A stretch of DNA of 64,000 nt from an uncultured Nitrososphaerota archaeon (GTDB lineage: Archaea; Thermoproteota; Nitrososphaeria; Nitrososphaerales; CADDZS01), in NCBI GenBank assembly GCA_963799845.1, contig CAWCYI010000001.1:96001-160000 (forward strand), written 5' to 3'. The notes beneath the pieces are model-generated. The model made no database searches. It worked only from the letters and a program-made list of their open reading frames with translations, and had not been told where the DNA came from. The position numbers were made by a program, and so were the translations under genes. Shown here piece by piece: positions 48,334 through 58,702 of this stretch; positions within the stretch are counted from its first letter, which is position 1; each line of letters opens with the position of its first letter.

Positions 48334-49457
48334 ACCTGGCCGACATAAATTATTAGACTGAAAGGGCCACAGACCTAGACATTCTCATTTTTGGCCAACT
48401 TCCCTTCCTATCTCAGGTTGTATGTCTCGATTACAGGCACCGAAGGAGATTGTTGAAGAGGCTTATAGAGAGGAGAGGGACGCAAACGTAAGCAAGAGGA
48501 TATTCCTCGTTCTGAAGGTCAAGTACGAGGGTGTCCCGGCGTCGCACGTAGCAAGGGAAGTTCACCGGCACAAATCATGGACGACACCGTGGCTTAGACG
48601 TTTCGAGAAAGATGGGCTAGAAGGACTCAAGACGATGGAAAGGAGCGGGAGACCTCCGAAGCTCGATCACAACAAGTTCATTGCGGTGAAGAGGAAGGTC
48701 GTGAAGAACGAATGCGGCTGGACCGTGAAGGAGGTCAGGGAGATGATCCGCAAGGAAGCAGACGTGGCATACACTGAGAGACACATCTACAGGTTGATGC
48801 AGAAGTGGGGAGTGAGAGCAATTGTCCCTGACAAGAGGTTACTTCACAAGGCTTCCCTCGAAGAGAGGCTCGAATTTAAAAAAGGACCGCAAGACTCCTC
48901 AGGAATATCCCGGAAGGCTTCACCGTAGCATCCGAAGACGAATCAATCTTCGTCCAGAACATAGAAACCAAAAGGGTGTGGGCGGTCAAAGGGATTCGAC
49001 CGATTCGGATTGTGTCAGGCTCGCACGGCAACACCGTGGTGTTTGGAGCGATCAGCCTGGACGGGACACAAATCTTCAGGCAGTACGAGAAATTCAATGG
49101 CGAGACATTCCTCGACTACCTGAAGAAGGTGCACAGGAAGTTTGGATCACTCTATCTCTTCCTTGACAAAGCAAGGCAACACCACAAAACCAGGATCGTA
49201 ACTGATTATTTGGGTAAGAACAGGAAGACTCTCAGAGTCAGATGGATCCCGACAGCTTCGCCAGAGTTCAACATGATGGAGGAGTGTTGGCGCGAGGGTG
49301 AGAAGGATCTCTCAAGGCTTCCAACCTTTCCGACGTCATTGAAAGAACTGAAATCAATCCTGGCAGAATACTATCGAACGCGAAGGTTTTGCTCGCATCT
49401 TGACATGAAGAAATTCCTTCTGACCAACAGGTGTCTATGAACTTATGTCGGCCAGGT
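48334..49457 (+). mobile_element. IS630-family insertion sequence with TA target duplication
   Basis: TIRs ACCTGGCCGACATAAATTATTAGAC / ACCTGGCCGACATAAGTTCATAGAC (22/25 identical). TA at 48332-33 and 49458-59. Confidence 0.93.
48422..49440 (+). CDS. IS630 transposase as two ORFs joined by a -1 frameshift at TTTAAAAAAG (~48875-48884)
   Basis: ORF1 has HTH and GRPPKL and ends EFKK. The -1 frame gives SEDESIF, LFLDKARQH, SPEFNMMEECW (DDE). Confidence 0.9.
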
Positions 49458-50134
49458 TAATTTGCTTCACGAGCATCTTCTCCTCGGCAACCTTTCGAAG
49501 CTTTCTCGCGATGGGAACATTTATTCCGTATTTTTCTTTGAGCTCGTTACACTTTTCATACAGCCCCATCTCCCATAATTTGCCACTCCTATCAGACTGG
49601 ATTATACATTCTTCGAATACAGTTTTGTAGTCTACGCCTGACCTAGCGATCAGAGACATGTCATCAAGATCCCGGTCTCTGTCGGTCACACCTTTCATCA
49701 AGAATATATCTTCTTTTGACAACTCGGACAAAGACAGTTTTGTCTTGCTGCGAGAGAGTTTTGAGCGCGACCGAATGCTCTTTGTCAGCGCGAGCTTGTT
49801 TGCGACAACTTTAGTAAAAATATCCCATCGGAACCCATCATCATTTTCATAGATTCGTGCAGAAAGGTCTTGGTAATCCTTCGTCATCGAGTTGATTGGC
49901 AGGGATCTGTAACCCGAGTTCTGCAATGCCGTAATCAGCATCTCTAATTGGGCTCTATTTTCCACAACGATGTCTATGTCCTTTGTTCCGGCCTTGAGTC
50001 CATTTGTTGCCATGACAAAGCCTCCGGCTACGTAGATCTTGAGAGGGTTCTCAAGAGCCTTCTCAAGCTTGTTCAGTTCATTTTCTATGTACTCTTGACT
50101 GAATTCTTGTCGTCTATTTTGCAACGTTAATTTC

Positions 50135-51224
50135 TAGGAGTTACGCGGTTGACCCAAGAAGATAGATTGGGTGTGCAATGTCAGCTCCTTATCGCATCTC
50201 TGACGATTCTCGCCTTCGCTTCGTACCAGCTTATCCCGGTCATCAATCTGCACAATTCTAGACGTATGAACGCCCTTATTGACATGTGGATGTGATTCAG
50301 AATGGATGTCGCCTTCCTGACCTGAGCCCTCTCAATGCCACAACACTGCTTGACTCCTCTGTGGTACTCCTCGATTCCCCATCCTTGGTCAGAGAGTTCA
50401 TCTCTCTTTTCCTCATTCATCCCAACGTCATCGGTAGCCCAGTGTTCAATGTCTCCTTTCTTGGAGGCTGTCCTGAACACCCTGACCATTCCGAATCCCA
50501 TGAGATGAACCGTGGTTCCCTCAGGCGGGATCTCCACGTCCTTGATTGGTTTGTTTCCTTTTTTTCTGCCCGTTGGATTGACGAGCCTGTTCTCCTTGAG
50601 GCGGCAGAAGAAATGCCACCCGAGCTCCCTTGCGATGAGCTTCAGATTTTCCATGCTCGAGTACCAGCTGTCAAAGAGGACGTATTTTGGTTCCATCCCT
50701 CTCTGCTTTGCAACCAACAACATGTCCTGGAAGTGATCGTTCTTGGTGAGACCGTCTTTTGACGCATTGTAGAGTCTAAAGTCACATGGAATGAGGGCGT
50801 TACCATCGCTCCATAGTGTTGTGATGAGATTTATCCCCTTCACCACACTGTGGTGTTTTCCGCTCCAGTGGTACGTGACGTAATCCATCTTCTCCGCGTA
50901 CGGTTTGTCCAGAGTTGAATCATCGACTATCAGTACTCCTCCCGCAGTAACGGCGATGATCCTCTTCGCCTCATCCCAGAGCGCTTCTGTATCCGCAGGC
51001 AGTCTCTCCAGAAGGCGGGTGAAGCTATCGTGTGCTGGCGGCGTGACTCCTGCATCATCATCAGGCTGACATCTAGCAGCTTCGGTGCAAGCGAATGATT
51101 TCTGGGATGCTATCAGGAAGTCTATGTAGTCATTGTCATCGCATTTTGGAGGGTTCATGCAGCGTCTGATGAACCAGAGAAACAATCCTGGCCAAATTCT
51201 TTTCGGCCAAATGCGTAACTCCTA
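50135..51224 (-). mobile_element. IS701-family insertion sequence
   Basis: TIRs begin TAGGAGTTACGC at both ends. ATTTC direct repeat at 50130-34 and 51225-29; the TIR/TSD boundary is ambiguous by up to 2 nt. Confidence 0.9.
50181..51158 (-). CDS. IS701-family DDE transposase
   Basis: MNPPKC..YIDFLIA..CTEAAR, HDSFTRLL, IVDDSTLDKPY, VLFDSWY, WGIEEYHRGVKQ. Confidence 0.92.
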   Translation of the reverse strand: MNPPKCDDNDYIDFLIASQKSFACTEAARCQPDDDAGVTPPAHDSFTRLLERLPADTEALWDEAKRIIAVTAGGVLIVDDSTLDKPYAEKMDYVTYHWSGKHHSVVKGINLITTLWSDGNALIPCDFRLYNASKDGLTKNDHFQDMLLVAKQRGMEPKYVLFDSWYSSMENLKLIARELGWHFFCRLKENRLVNPTGRKKGNKPIKDVEIPPEGTTVHLMGFGMVRVFRTASKKGDIEHWATDDVGMNEEKRDELSDQGWGIEEYHRGVKQCCGIERAQVRKATSILNHIHMSIRAFIRLELCRLMTGISWYEAKARIVRDAIRS

Positions 51225-52179
51225 ATTTCTATTCCGTAAACGTTAGCCTGTTCCTTGAGCTCTCCCCAACTTGGTAGTGGCCATACGCGCTCCTTGCCTT
51301 TAGAGTGGATATAGCGAACAATATTTTCTACGTCCCTAGTCAAATTGTATCTCTGCGATCTTTTCATCAGCGATTCTAAGTCCATTTTTTTGTACTTCTT
51401 AAGAATGAGGAGTAAGGCGTAGATCGCATAAGTTTGGCTTCCCGGGTCAATCATCAGCGTATGAAGAACTATATCATCCAAAGATAGCTTTGCGCCACCT
51501 GGCGAGTAATAGTAATACGTCTCATTGGTGAACAACTGTATTTCGTATTCGGCGTAGACGCTCAGAGCTGTTCTAAGGAAGTGCTTTGGAATATTCTTCC
51601 CATCTTCGTCATCCCCCTTTCTTACTTTGAAAAGAAAGCTGTATCCTTTCTGCCATAATACGACTGCATTTGAAGGCAGGATTTCCTCTGCAAACTGTCT
51701 AGTAATATGATCGGCATACTCTCTTGCAAAGTGGCTTATCCTCGAGTTGAGCGTAGTGTTGTTGCTGGTATTCTTTGGAATCAGGCCGTGCATTGAGAGG
51801 TTTCGTTGCGCACGCCATTTTGTTGTGTCAGACAGCCCTCTTTCAAAATCACTTTCTCCTGTCGTTCTTGTAAGAAGTACAGCCATGTTAGAATAAGAAA
51901 GCACTTTTTCCCAAGGCACGTAAGGCTCGGCTTTTACTAACTCAGAGAGAAGCTGGGCATAGTTTGCTTCAGCTATCACAGCTGTCTTCTTCATTCCCTC
52001 TCTCCTCGTCTCCACGATCCCCTTGTCCTCGAGGCTTTTGATTACCCGTGATGTCCAGCCCTCTGATGAGCGTAGTCTTTTTGCAGCTCACTTATCGATA
52101 GCTTACGCTGGTGGGAAATTGTTCTTGTTGCTGCTATTTCGTCCTTAGTAAGGGCGTAATCGGGCATCGGTTCTTTCAT
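51155..52179 (-). pseudogene. wHTH-containing partner (putative antitoxin/regulator) of the nucleotidyltransferase; frameshift near 52085 and 3' end cut by IS701
   Basis: Reconstructed N-terminus ..LSISEL/AKRLRSSEGWTSRVIKSLEDKGIVE (MarR-like HTH). The empty site gives ..YGIEINVAK*, overlapping the downstream TTG. Confidence 0.75.
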
Positions 52180-52489
52180 AGCATTATTTCATAAGAGTAA
52201 AATACTATATAAGGACTTGCGTCTTATGCAATAGAAGCTGATGTCTTTCCCATTTTACCAACCGGACTTCGGTCGGATCTGTGGAGGGCACTTCAAGCTA
52301 AAACTTGAAGATCTTCTCATGTGCGATTTCTTCCATTCTAATTCCACTATAGGCCCTTCAATCTCTGCCACTGAAGGAATATGCTTTGGACTATCGAAAA
52401 CTCCAGAAAAAGGAGCCTTGACAGGAGAAGAATGCTTCGCCTGTAAATAGTAGACAGTTGATAGCTCAGAGTGGGAAACGAGCGATGTA

Positions 52490-52633
52490 ATGGTAAGTTC
52501 AGAGTTTTGTGATATGTGCGGATCTGACGAAGAAGTAAGTTACTGCTCGACCCACAAGAAATTTCTCTGTTTGACCTACGATTGGAAATTGCATTCGGTG
52601 GAAATTAAGCGGGCGTACGAACTCTACAGTTAG
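52490..52633 (+). CDS. B-box-type zinc-finger micro-protein, paralog 2 (47 aa; two ligands changed to Tyr)
   Basis: MVSSEFCDMCGSDEEVSYCSTHKKFLCLTYDWKLHSVEIKRAYELYS*; 21/35 identical to 20779-20937. Confidence 0.7.
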   Translation: MVSSEFCDMCGSDEEVSYCSTHKKFLCLTYDWKLHSVEIKRAYELYS

Positions 52634-52647
52634 TAGCAGATCAATAA

Positions 52648-52884
52648 TTGACTACCGAGGCGTTCCTTCTGATCAACGTGGATCCGGGGACCCAAGCGCA
52701 GGTAACCCAGGAGTTGAAATCAATTCAAAAAGTCAGGAAGGTCCATCCCACGTATGGAGTCTACGATTTTATAGTAAAGCTAGAGGCCGAAACTCAGGAG
52801 GAGCTCAAGGAAGTTATTACTTATCAAATCAGAGCGCTGCGAAACGTTAGGACAATACTTACGATCGTTGTTGCAGGGAAATGA
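52648..52884 (+). CDS. Stand-alone Lrp/AsnC ligand-binding (RAM) domain protein
   Basis: AFLLINV..G, YGVYDFIVKLEA, IRAL..VR.ILT. Confidence 0.88.
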   Translation: MTTEAFLLINVDPGTQAQVTQELKSIQKVRKVHPTYGVYDFIVKLEAETQEELKEVITYQIRALRNVRTILTIVVAGK

Positions 52885-53401
52885 AAAGTAAAACAATTCA
52901 CCGGCCGCAATGAAATGAAGTATTCAGGAAGACGAATCTCTTCATTGCCTCTGATGGTGACCTGTCAGAACTGCGGTCATCCCTTTCCCTCTAAAGTCCT
53001 GCAGTCAAGTCTTTGGATGACTCAATCTCCTGTCAGCGTTTCGCAGTCTTGATATTTCAGTGGACTTTGATTCGCCGATTTCTGCGAACCGGCAAGTACC
53101 GTCTTATCCTGCGAAGTAACTTGTGAAGATATAAGACAGGTTAATCGCTCTCTATGTGTGAGAAACGTAGCGACTTTCCTAACGAATCATCTACAGCCGA
53201 GACGGGCTGTTGCACGTGTTCATGCCCACGGGATGCAATATCGACCGCTCTCCTGTGGGGAAAAATCTGCAGCCAGTGCCAGCACACTTTTTCTTAATTG
53301 TAAAGCCTGTCTTTAGTGATTTTGAAAGATAAGTATCCCAAATCCAGAGCTGGAAGCCTGAAGGCAAAATACAACCAATTAGAAATAATTACGATCTCAA
53401 G

Positions 53402-54037
53402 ATGCTGAACCAGGAAGTCAGCGATTTTCTGAAGGAATTTGATGCTGGGACGCATGCTGTCCTCTTCTATGATAATCAAGAGTCTAAACGCGAACTTCTA
53501 TTCAGTCATCTGAAATTTGGTCAGAATTATCAGGGCTTAGCCTACGTGTGTTCAGAGGAAAGCCCGGAGCAGATTCGCAGCGAGATGATACAATTTGGGT
53601 TAGAAGCTAATACTGTCAAGGGAAACCAAAGATTGACAATTGCCAATTATGACGACGTTTACATCGTAAACGGAGAATTGAACATACCTGCCATCATTGG
53701 CAAATTCGCAAGTCTCGTGGATTCCTACAAAGAACGCGGCCTTTCTGGATTGAGAGCTGCCGCAGAGATGTCCTGTTTTTTCCAACATGACAAGGTGGAG
53801 GAGATGATATCTTATGAGAAGGCGCTGCACAGAAAGTTTTCATTTTCCGCCAAAGGAATTTGCGCTTACAATGTTATGGAAATGCTAAGGTCAGGCCACA
53901 TGGACGTCTTCATGAGTCTTGTCAAGGCTCACGATCCAATTATCTATGCAACCCCGAGGGGATTCTTGCTCTTGAAACCTCAAAAAGTTCAACCAAGAGA
54001 CTTTGAAACGGTGATGCAGGTAAATGTCCGGAACTGA
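53402..54037 (+). CDS. Stand-alone MEDS (DcmR-like) sensory domain protein
   Basis: THAVLFYD, GLRAAAEM, YEKAL, GICAY, AHD. Confidence 0.85.
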   Translation: MLNQEVSDFLKEFDAGTHAVLFYDNQESKRELLFSHLKFGQNYQGLAYVCSEESPEQIRSEMIQFGLEANTVKGNQRLTIANYDDVYIVNGELNIPAIIGKFASLVDSYKERGLSGLRAAAEMSCFFQHDKVEEMISYEKALHRKFSFSAKGICAYNVMEMLRSGHMDVFMSLVKAHDPIIYATPRGFLLLKPQKVQPRDFETVMQVNVRN

Positions 54038-54769
54038 ATTTCGCAGTCGTGTCGCAAACGCCGGAGCAGACAATCCCTCGGGGATCGCAGCTCAGCCAAT
54101 ATGGCTTCCAGGATACGGCAAATATCCAATTCACCATTTATTCCAAGCCTAATTCAGAATCAAAGGCGTGTGAATTTTTCTGCCCCGGAATGCATGAAAG
54201 CTGTTTATCATTTCCAGACCAACCCAGATTTCTCAGACTATGACGTGCAGGATGTTCGATTGGGCGATCTGATAAGAGTATATCAAATCTGGAAATGTCT
54301 ATTCGCCTATGATTGTTGAAATGTAGATTTTTAGTGCCTGTCGAACACAACGTTAGCTGGCCAAGTTATTCGATCTTAGGCCGAAGCGATCCGCTTACAG
54401 CAACTTCGTAGAATCGACTTTTCAACAATCATGCGGCCAGGTTTTCCTAAGTTAAAACAAAAATTAGTCCCACAAATGTCATCAGAAAGTTACGTTACTA
54501 TGCACAAATTTAGAGCAAGCCGCAATGGTCGATTTTTCATTCAGCGTTTCCCTCCAATATCGTTGGATCGCTTAGGATATTACCCATTTTCTCAGCTTTA
54601 AGATAATTTTGTGCAGTGATCGTTTTCCCAAATAAGAAGATTCCATAGATCGTGCGTGAAATCGAACATGGACATGATAATCCTGATAAATTGAGATTTG
54701 AAAGCTCACAATAGTTTCGAGCTTTAGGCGATTAATTTTGATAATTTACGAATAAAGAAGTACAAAAAA

Positions 54770-55999
54770 ATGATGCAGCTTCCGAGACAGATCTGGATAG
54801 TATTCGTACTCGGAACTCTGAATTCTCTCGGTTGGTCTGCGACGATGCCGTTTTTGGCCGTTTACCTCGAAGTCGCAAGGCATGTTCCACTTTCGATCAT
54901 CGGGTTGGCCTACCTTGCGACAGGACTAGTCACACTTGTAAGTCAGTTGATTGGCGGACGATTGACCGATTCGCTGGGGCCCAAGCGGGTTTTGCTGACA
55001 GGATATGGGAGTTCAATTGTAGCTTCAATCGTTCTCGGATTAACTCTACAGTTTAGATCGAGCGTCGAAATCATTCTTCTACTTTATCCAATATTCAGCT
55101 TTGTAAGGACATTTTCGCAGCCAGCAACTTTCGCGATCGTGTCAGGCGAAAGTACGGGCAATGTAAGAACGGGCTTCTCCATACTTGCCATAGGAGGAAA
55201 TCTCGGATTTGCAATCGGTCCGGCACTTGGAGGAATACTCGCCCAGGTCTACAGTTATTCGACCGTATTCTTGCTGAGCGCCGCTTCCGCCGTAGTCGTC
55301 GGACTAATCACACTGTTTATGATAGAAGGAGGTCCCATCGTGAGTCGTACAAAACTTTCTCAACCGGTGAAAAGGTTTCTCAACTGGAGGGAAGACAAAA
55401 ATCTGATTGTTTTTCTAGTCCTCACTCTCGCCTCTTTTCTCATAGTCGGCTACGAGACAACTCCGCTTTCTCTTTACGTCGCAGGATTTCTTCAGCTTTT
55501 CAAACGAACAGATAGGCTTCCTCTTTGCAACCAATGGCATTGTAATCGTGATACTTCAGCTTCCACTTACGAGGTTGATCGAAAAAAGATCCGAACGCTA
55601 GTCATGCCAATGATTGCTTCCTCCATAGCTGCTGCAGTTGCGTTCTTCGTAGCTTCGGTATCCACCACTTTTCTTCAGATGGAAATCGTCACTTTCATCG
55701 TCACTCTCGGAGAAATCTTTCAAACCGTTCCGGCTCAAACAGTACTTTCGCTTTTCTCTAAATCCGGGAACAGAGGAACCTATCAGGGATACTATGCCGC
55801 CGTTACTAGCTCAGGCCGCTCACTTGCAAGCTTCTTCGGACCATTGAGCTTCAGCGTGTTTTTCTTCAGGCCGAGTTGAGCTTGGATTCTGGTCGGAGTG
55901 ATGTCGTTGGTTGTCGGTTTTGCTTTCCTTTTGCTCTCACCGGGTCTCCAAAAGGACTACGAAAACCAGAGTCGATCCGATGAGCAGTTAGTGGATTAA
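54770..55999 (+). pseudogene. MFS transporter with a compensating frameshift pair (~55500-55590) and an in-frame TGA at 55877
   Basis: GGRLTDSLGPKR motif A, GNLGFAIGPALGG, RGTYQG. The last TM (AWILVGVMSLVVGFAFLLL) lies after the stop. Confidence 0.75.
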
Positions 56000-56529
56000 G
56001 AAACACACGACAACACGACGACAGGTCTTATTACTGTACGACTTACCATCTCTCTATGGTCACTACTCTAAACGATTCATTGCGAAATATGATTATGTTA
56101 GTAATCATCCTTGGTAACAATCTGCCATTGAGTTCCCTGTTAATTATAGGAACATTTTTGGGCGGACTATTGACATTCAATCAAAATTACTGAAATATGA
56201 CACTGATAAATATCTATTGAGAACTGGTAGCTAGGTTTGATAGGATAATTTCCCCGGGGTCTTTTTGTCAAGTATGTACGGAATAGACGTTTCGATGCCA
56301 CGGGGTCCAACTTGGATCGTTGTTTCCCAAAATATTCAAGAGTCACTAATACGGATTAATTTCTTTACTCACGCCTAGTCCTCTCTTTTCATGCGGCTTG
56401 TAATCCCAGTGAAGTAATTGAGAGACTAAACTGCTCAATGTTCAGATGTGATGTCTCCATAGTGTTCGATTGTTTGACCCAGTTCTCAGTGTCCTGAACA
56501 GATTCGCTTTATTTCTTTGAGAATAGCTG

Positions 56530-57246
56530 TTAGCTTTGCCGCCACCTAGCAAGCTTCGCTGCGAGACCGATCAGAAGAAAAGTGTACAGAACTCCACCAG
56601 TCAAATCTAACAGAAGAGAATTTTGACTCAAATTTACGAGACCGACGGCTTTCTGTACGATCTGTCCCGGGTAAGTCGTTGGAGCCAAGTAAGCAAGAAA
56701 TCTGAACGATTCTGGTATGTAGCTTATTGGGTAGAAAATCGGAGGAAGAAAAGAAAGCATGACATTCAATAGAGGTGCGTAGACCCAAAGGTCTCTAATG
56801 TCGCGGGCAAAAGTGCTGATCATGAATCCGAGAGCCGAGATAGACGCCCAGGTTATGATAGCGGCGATCGCAATTTCAATTCCTCCGACCAATGTCAGAT
56901 GAACATAAAGTCCCAATAGCGCGGAAAAAAGAGCTATTCCTGCGAGGCCATTGCAGAGTTGGGCGATCGAGAGACCAGAGACGTATGTAACCGGTGAGAG
57001 TGGTGAGGAGACGAACATATCCTGGAGCTTGACTTCGAGCCTTATGAAAGCCGCCTCGGTTTCCAAGACTATGCAACTCCCGACAATGACGGCGATGAGC
57101 CCACCACCTAGAGCAAATACGACCTTCTGAGGGCCTGCAAATATGTAGATGAAGAAGAGAATTGTAAGCGGACTAACAATAAAGTTGACGAGACTGAACG
57201 GAGACCTCCTGATGGGAAGGACGCCGTCGAACCAGACGAGAGCCAC
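56530..57246 (-). CDS. ABC-2 type exporter permease
   Basis: Six TM, SSPLS, PPIFYPISYIP...LAPTTY. Confidence 0.85.
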   Translation of the reverse strand: MALVWFDGVLPIRRSPFSLVNFIVSPLTILFFIYIFAGPQKVVFALGGGLIAVIVGSCIVLETEAAFIRLEVKLQDMFVSSPLSPVTYVSGLSIAQLCNGLAGIALFSALLGLYVHLTLVGGIEIAIAAIITWASISALGFMISTFARDIRDLWVYAPLLNVMLSFLPPIFYPISYIPESFRFLAYLAPTTYPGQIVQKAVGLVNLSQNSLLLDLTGGVLYTFLLIGLAAKLARWRQS

Positions 57247-57253
57247 TACTGCC

Positions 57254-58210
57254 CTAAGTTGTTGCTTCAGACTCAGCTTGATTCCCTACTTCACTTATGA
57301 AGACGTCTTCCAGACTAGAAGGCCTGATTGAGACTTCGAGGTTCTTTCTCATGCAAATGGAGGCTAGCTCGGAGGCTTTTTCTTGATTCGTAAGAACTCG
57401 AACTCCTGTGCCTGCCCGAAGAGTCCTTCCAAACAATTCAAACTCGGACAGATTGTTTTGCGAGGTCTTTATGATGACTGTATGGGTTGCGTTGAGCATC
57501 TTCCTTATCTCTACCGGGCTACCTCTTGCGATAACCTTTCCCTTGTTTATGATTGCAAGGCTATCGGACAACTCTTCGGCTTCATCCATGTAATGCGTAG
57601 TTAGCAGGACTGTTTTTCCAGTCGCAACGTAACGCCGCACGAGATTCCATACATCTACCCTTGCAACCGGATCAAGACCTATGGTCGGCTCGTCCAGAAC
57701 AAGGAGTTCAGCTTCTGAGCTGATCGCCATTGCAATCAGAACTCGCTGCCTCAAGCCCCCCGAGAGACTCCCGCATATCGTGTACCTACAAGAACGAAGG
57801 TTGAGAGAATCGAGAGTTTTCTCCGCTCTAGCTCTAGCCTCTTTGAAATCAAGGCCGCGGGAAACCAAGTAGGTAACTATATGCTCGTAGGGAGTCTGAA
57901 GCAGAAGCGGCCTCCCCTCTTGAGGCACTATCGCAATCATGCGCCTAACCATCTTCGGGTCTTTTACCACATCGTGTCCGGCTATCGTTGCAAATCCTCC
58001 AGAGGGCATAAGCTGAGTAGAAACGATCCTCACCAGAGTTGTTTTCCCTGCGCCGTTTGGTCCAAGCAAGCCGAAGACAGTTCCCCGTTTTACCTCAAGG
58101 TCGATTCCATCTAGGGCCCGCGTCTTCGATCCGTAAATCTTTTGCAGGTTTGACACCCTCAGAATGATGGGATCTTTGTTGTCCTTGTTATCAATGTCCA
58201 AGGTGATCAA
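57254..58210 (-). CDS. ABC exporter ATP-binding subunit (DrrA-like)
   Basis: [36 protein letters not shown]. Confidence 0.92.
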   Translation of the reverse strand: MITLDIDNKDNKDPIILRVSNLQKIYGSKTRALDGIDLEVKRGTVFGLLGPNGAGKTTLVRIVSTQLMPSGGFATIAGHDVVKDPKMVRRMIAIVPQEGRPLLLQTPYEHIVTYLVSRGLDFKEARARAEKTLDSLNLRSCRYTICGSLSGGLRQRVLIAMAISSEAELLVLDEPTIGLDPVARVDVWNLVRRYVATGKTVLLTTHYMDEAEELSDSLAIINKGKVIARGSPVEIRKMLNATHTVIIKTSQNNLSEFELFGRTLRAGTGVRVLTNQEKASELASICMRKNLEVSIRPSSLEDVFISEVGNQAESEATT

Positions 58211-58702
58211 CTTGTTAGAGTTGGTTCGAGAAATTTGTATCGGATTTTGAACTCTCTATGATTACAAAAAGCTTTGAACATTTTTCGAAAATGCCTGATA
58301 TTTCAGTCAAGAAGACTCCTTGATTCAAAAAATGATCCTATTGATGTTCGATCCTTCGTTCGTTTGAACAGAAATTCTAGATCTTCTCCCCGATCATAAT
58401 TAATTCTAGACTGATTGCGAGCACCCGTTATTTGATCCTTATTTCGAAGTGTCATTCTGAACAATTCTCTGCGTTTTCCCTAACACTTCCTTCAGCAAGG
58501 AGGTTTGATTTTCGAACGAGGTAGGTTTTGATAGCAATACGATCGTCGGTTGCGCTAACATTGGTACGGAACAGGCATGCGCTTACATTGCCACAAATGC
58601 TTTCTTTGATAAAAAGGAAAAATAGACTTCAACTAGCTCTCAGCTTGATCGTCAATACAGTATAAGTGGACTGTTCTCACAGTCACCACCGTCGGAGTCC
58701 TG

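Larger units (their letters stand above)
48174..50124 (-). pseudogene. DUF6036/AbiEii-like nucleotidyltransferase with C-terminal wHTH, interrupted by IS630
   Basis: YVAGGFVM...KAGTKDIDIV, RWDIF, EDIFLMK..TDRDRDLDD. Removing the IS630 joins ..LVKQI in frame to SSALKDGGKTRADLL..DDGKITLMH* (stop 48174-48176). Confidence 0.85.

Noticed and set aside
52915-53052. ORF with a single CQNCGH knuckle
   Set aside because: It lacks a second Cys pair; at best a decayed Zn-ribbon fragment.
54049-54350. Three overlapping short ORFs after the MEDS gene
   Set aside because: None has a recognisable motif, and I cannot choose a coding frame.
55877-55879. In-frame TGA in the MFS gene as a possible selenocysteine or readthrough codon
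   Set aside because: It is a non-redox membrane position and the same gene has other lesions; mutation or sequencing error is more likely.
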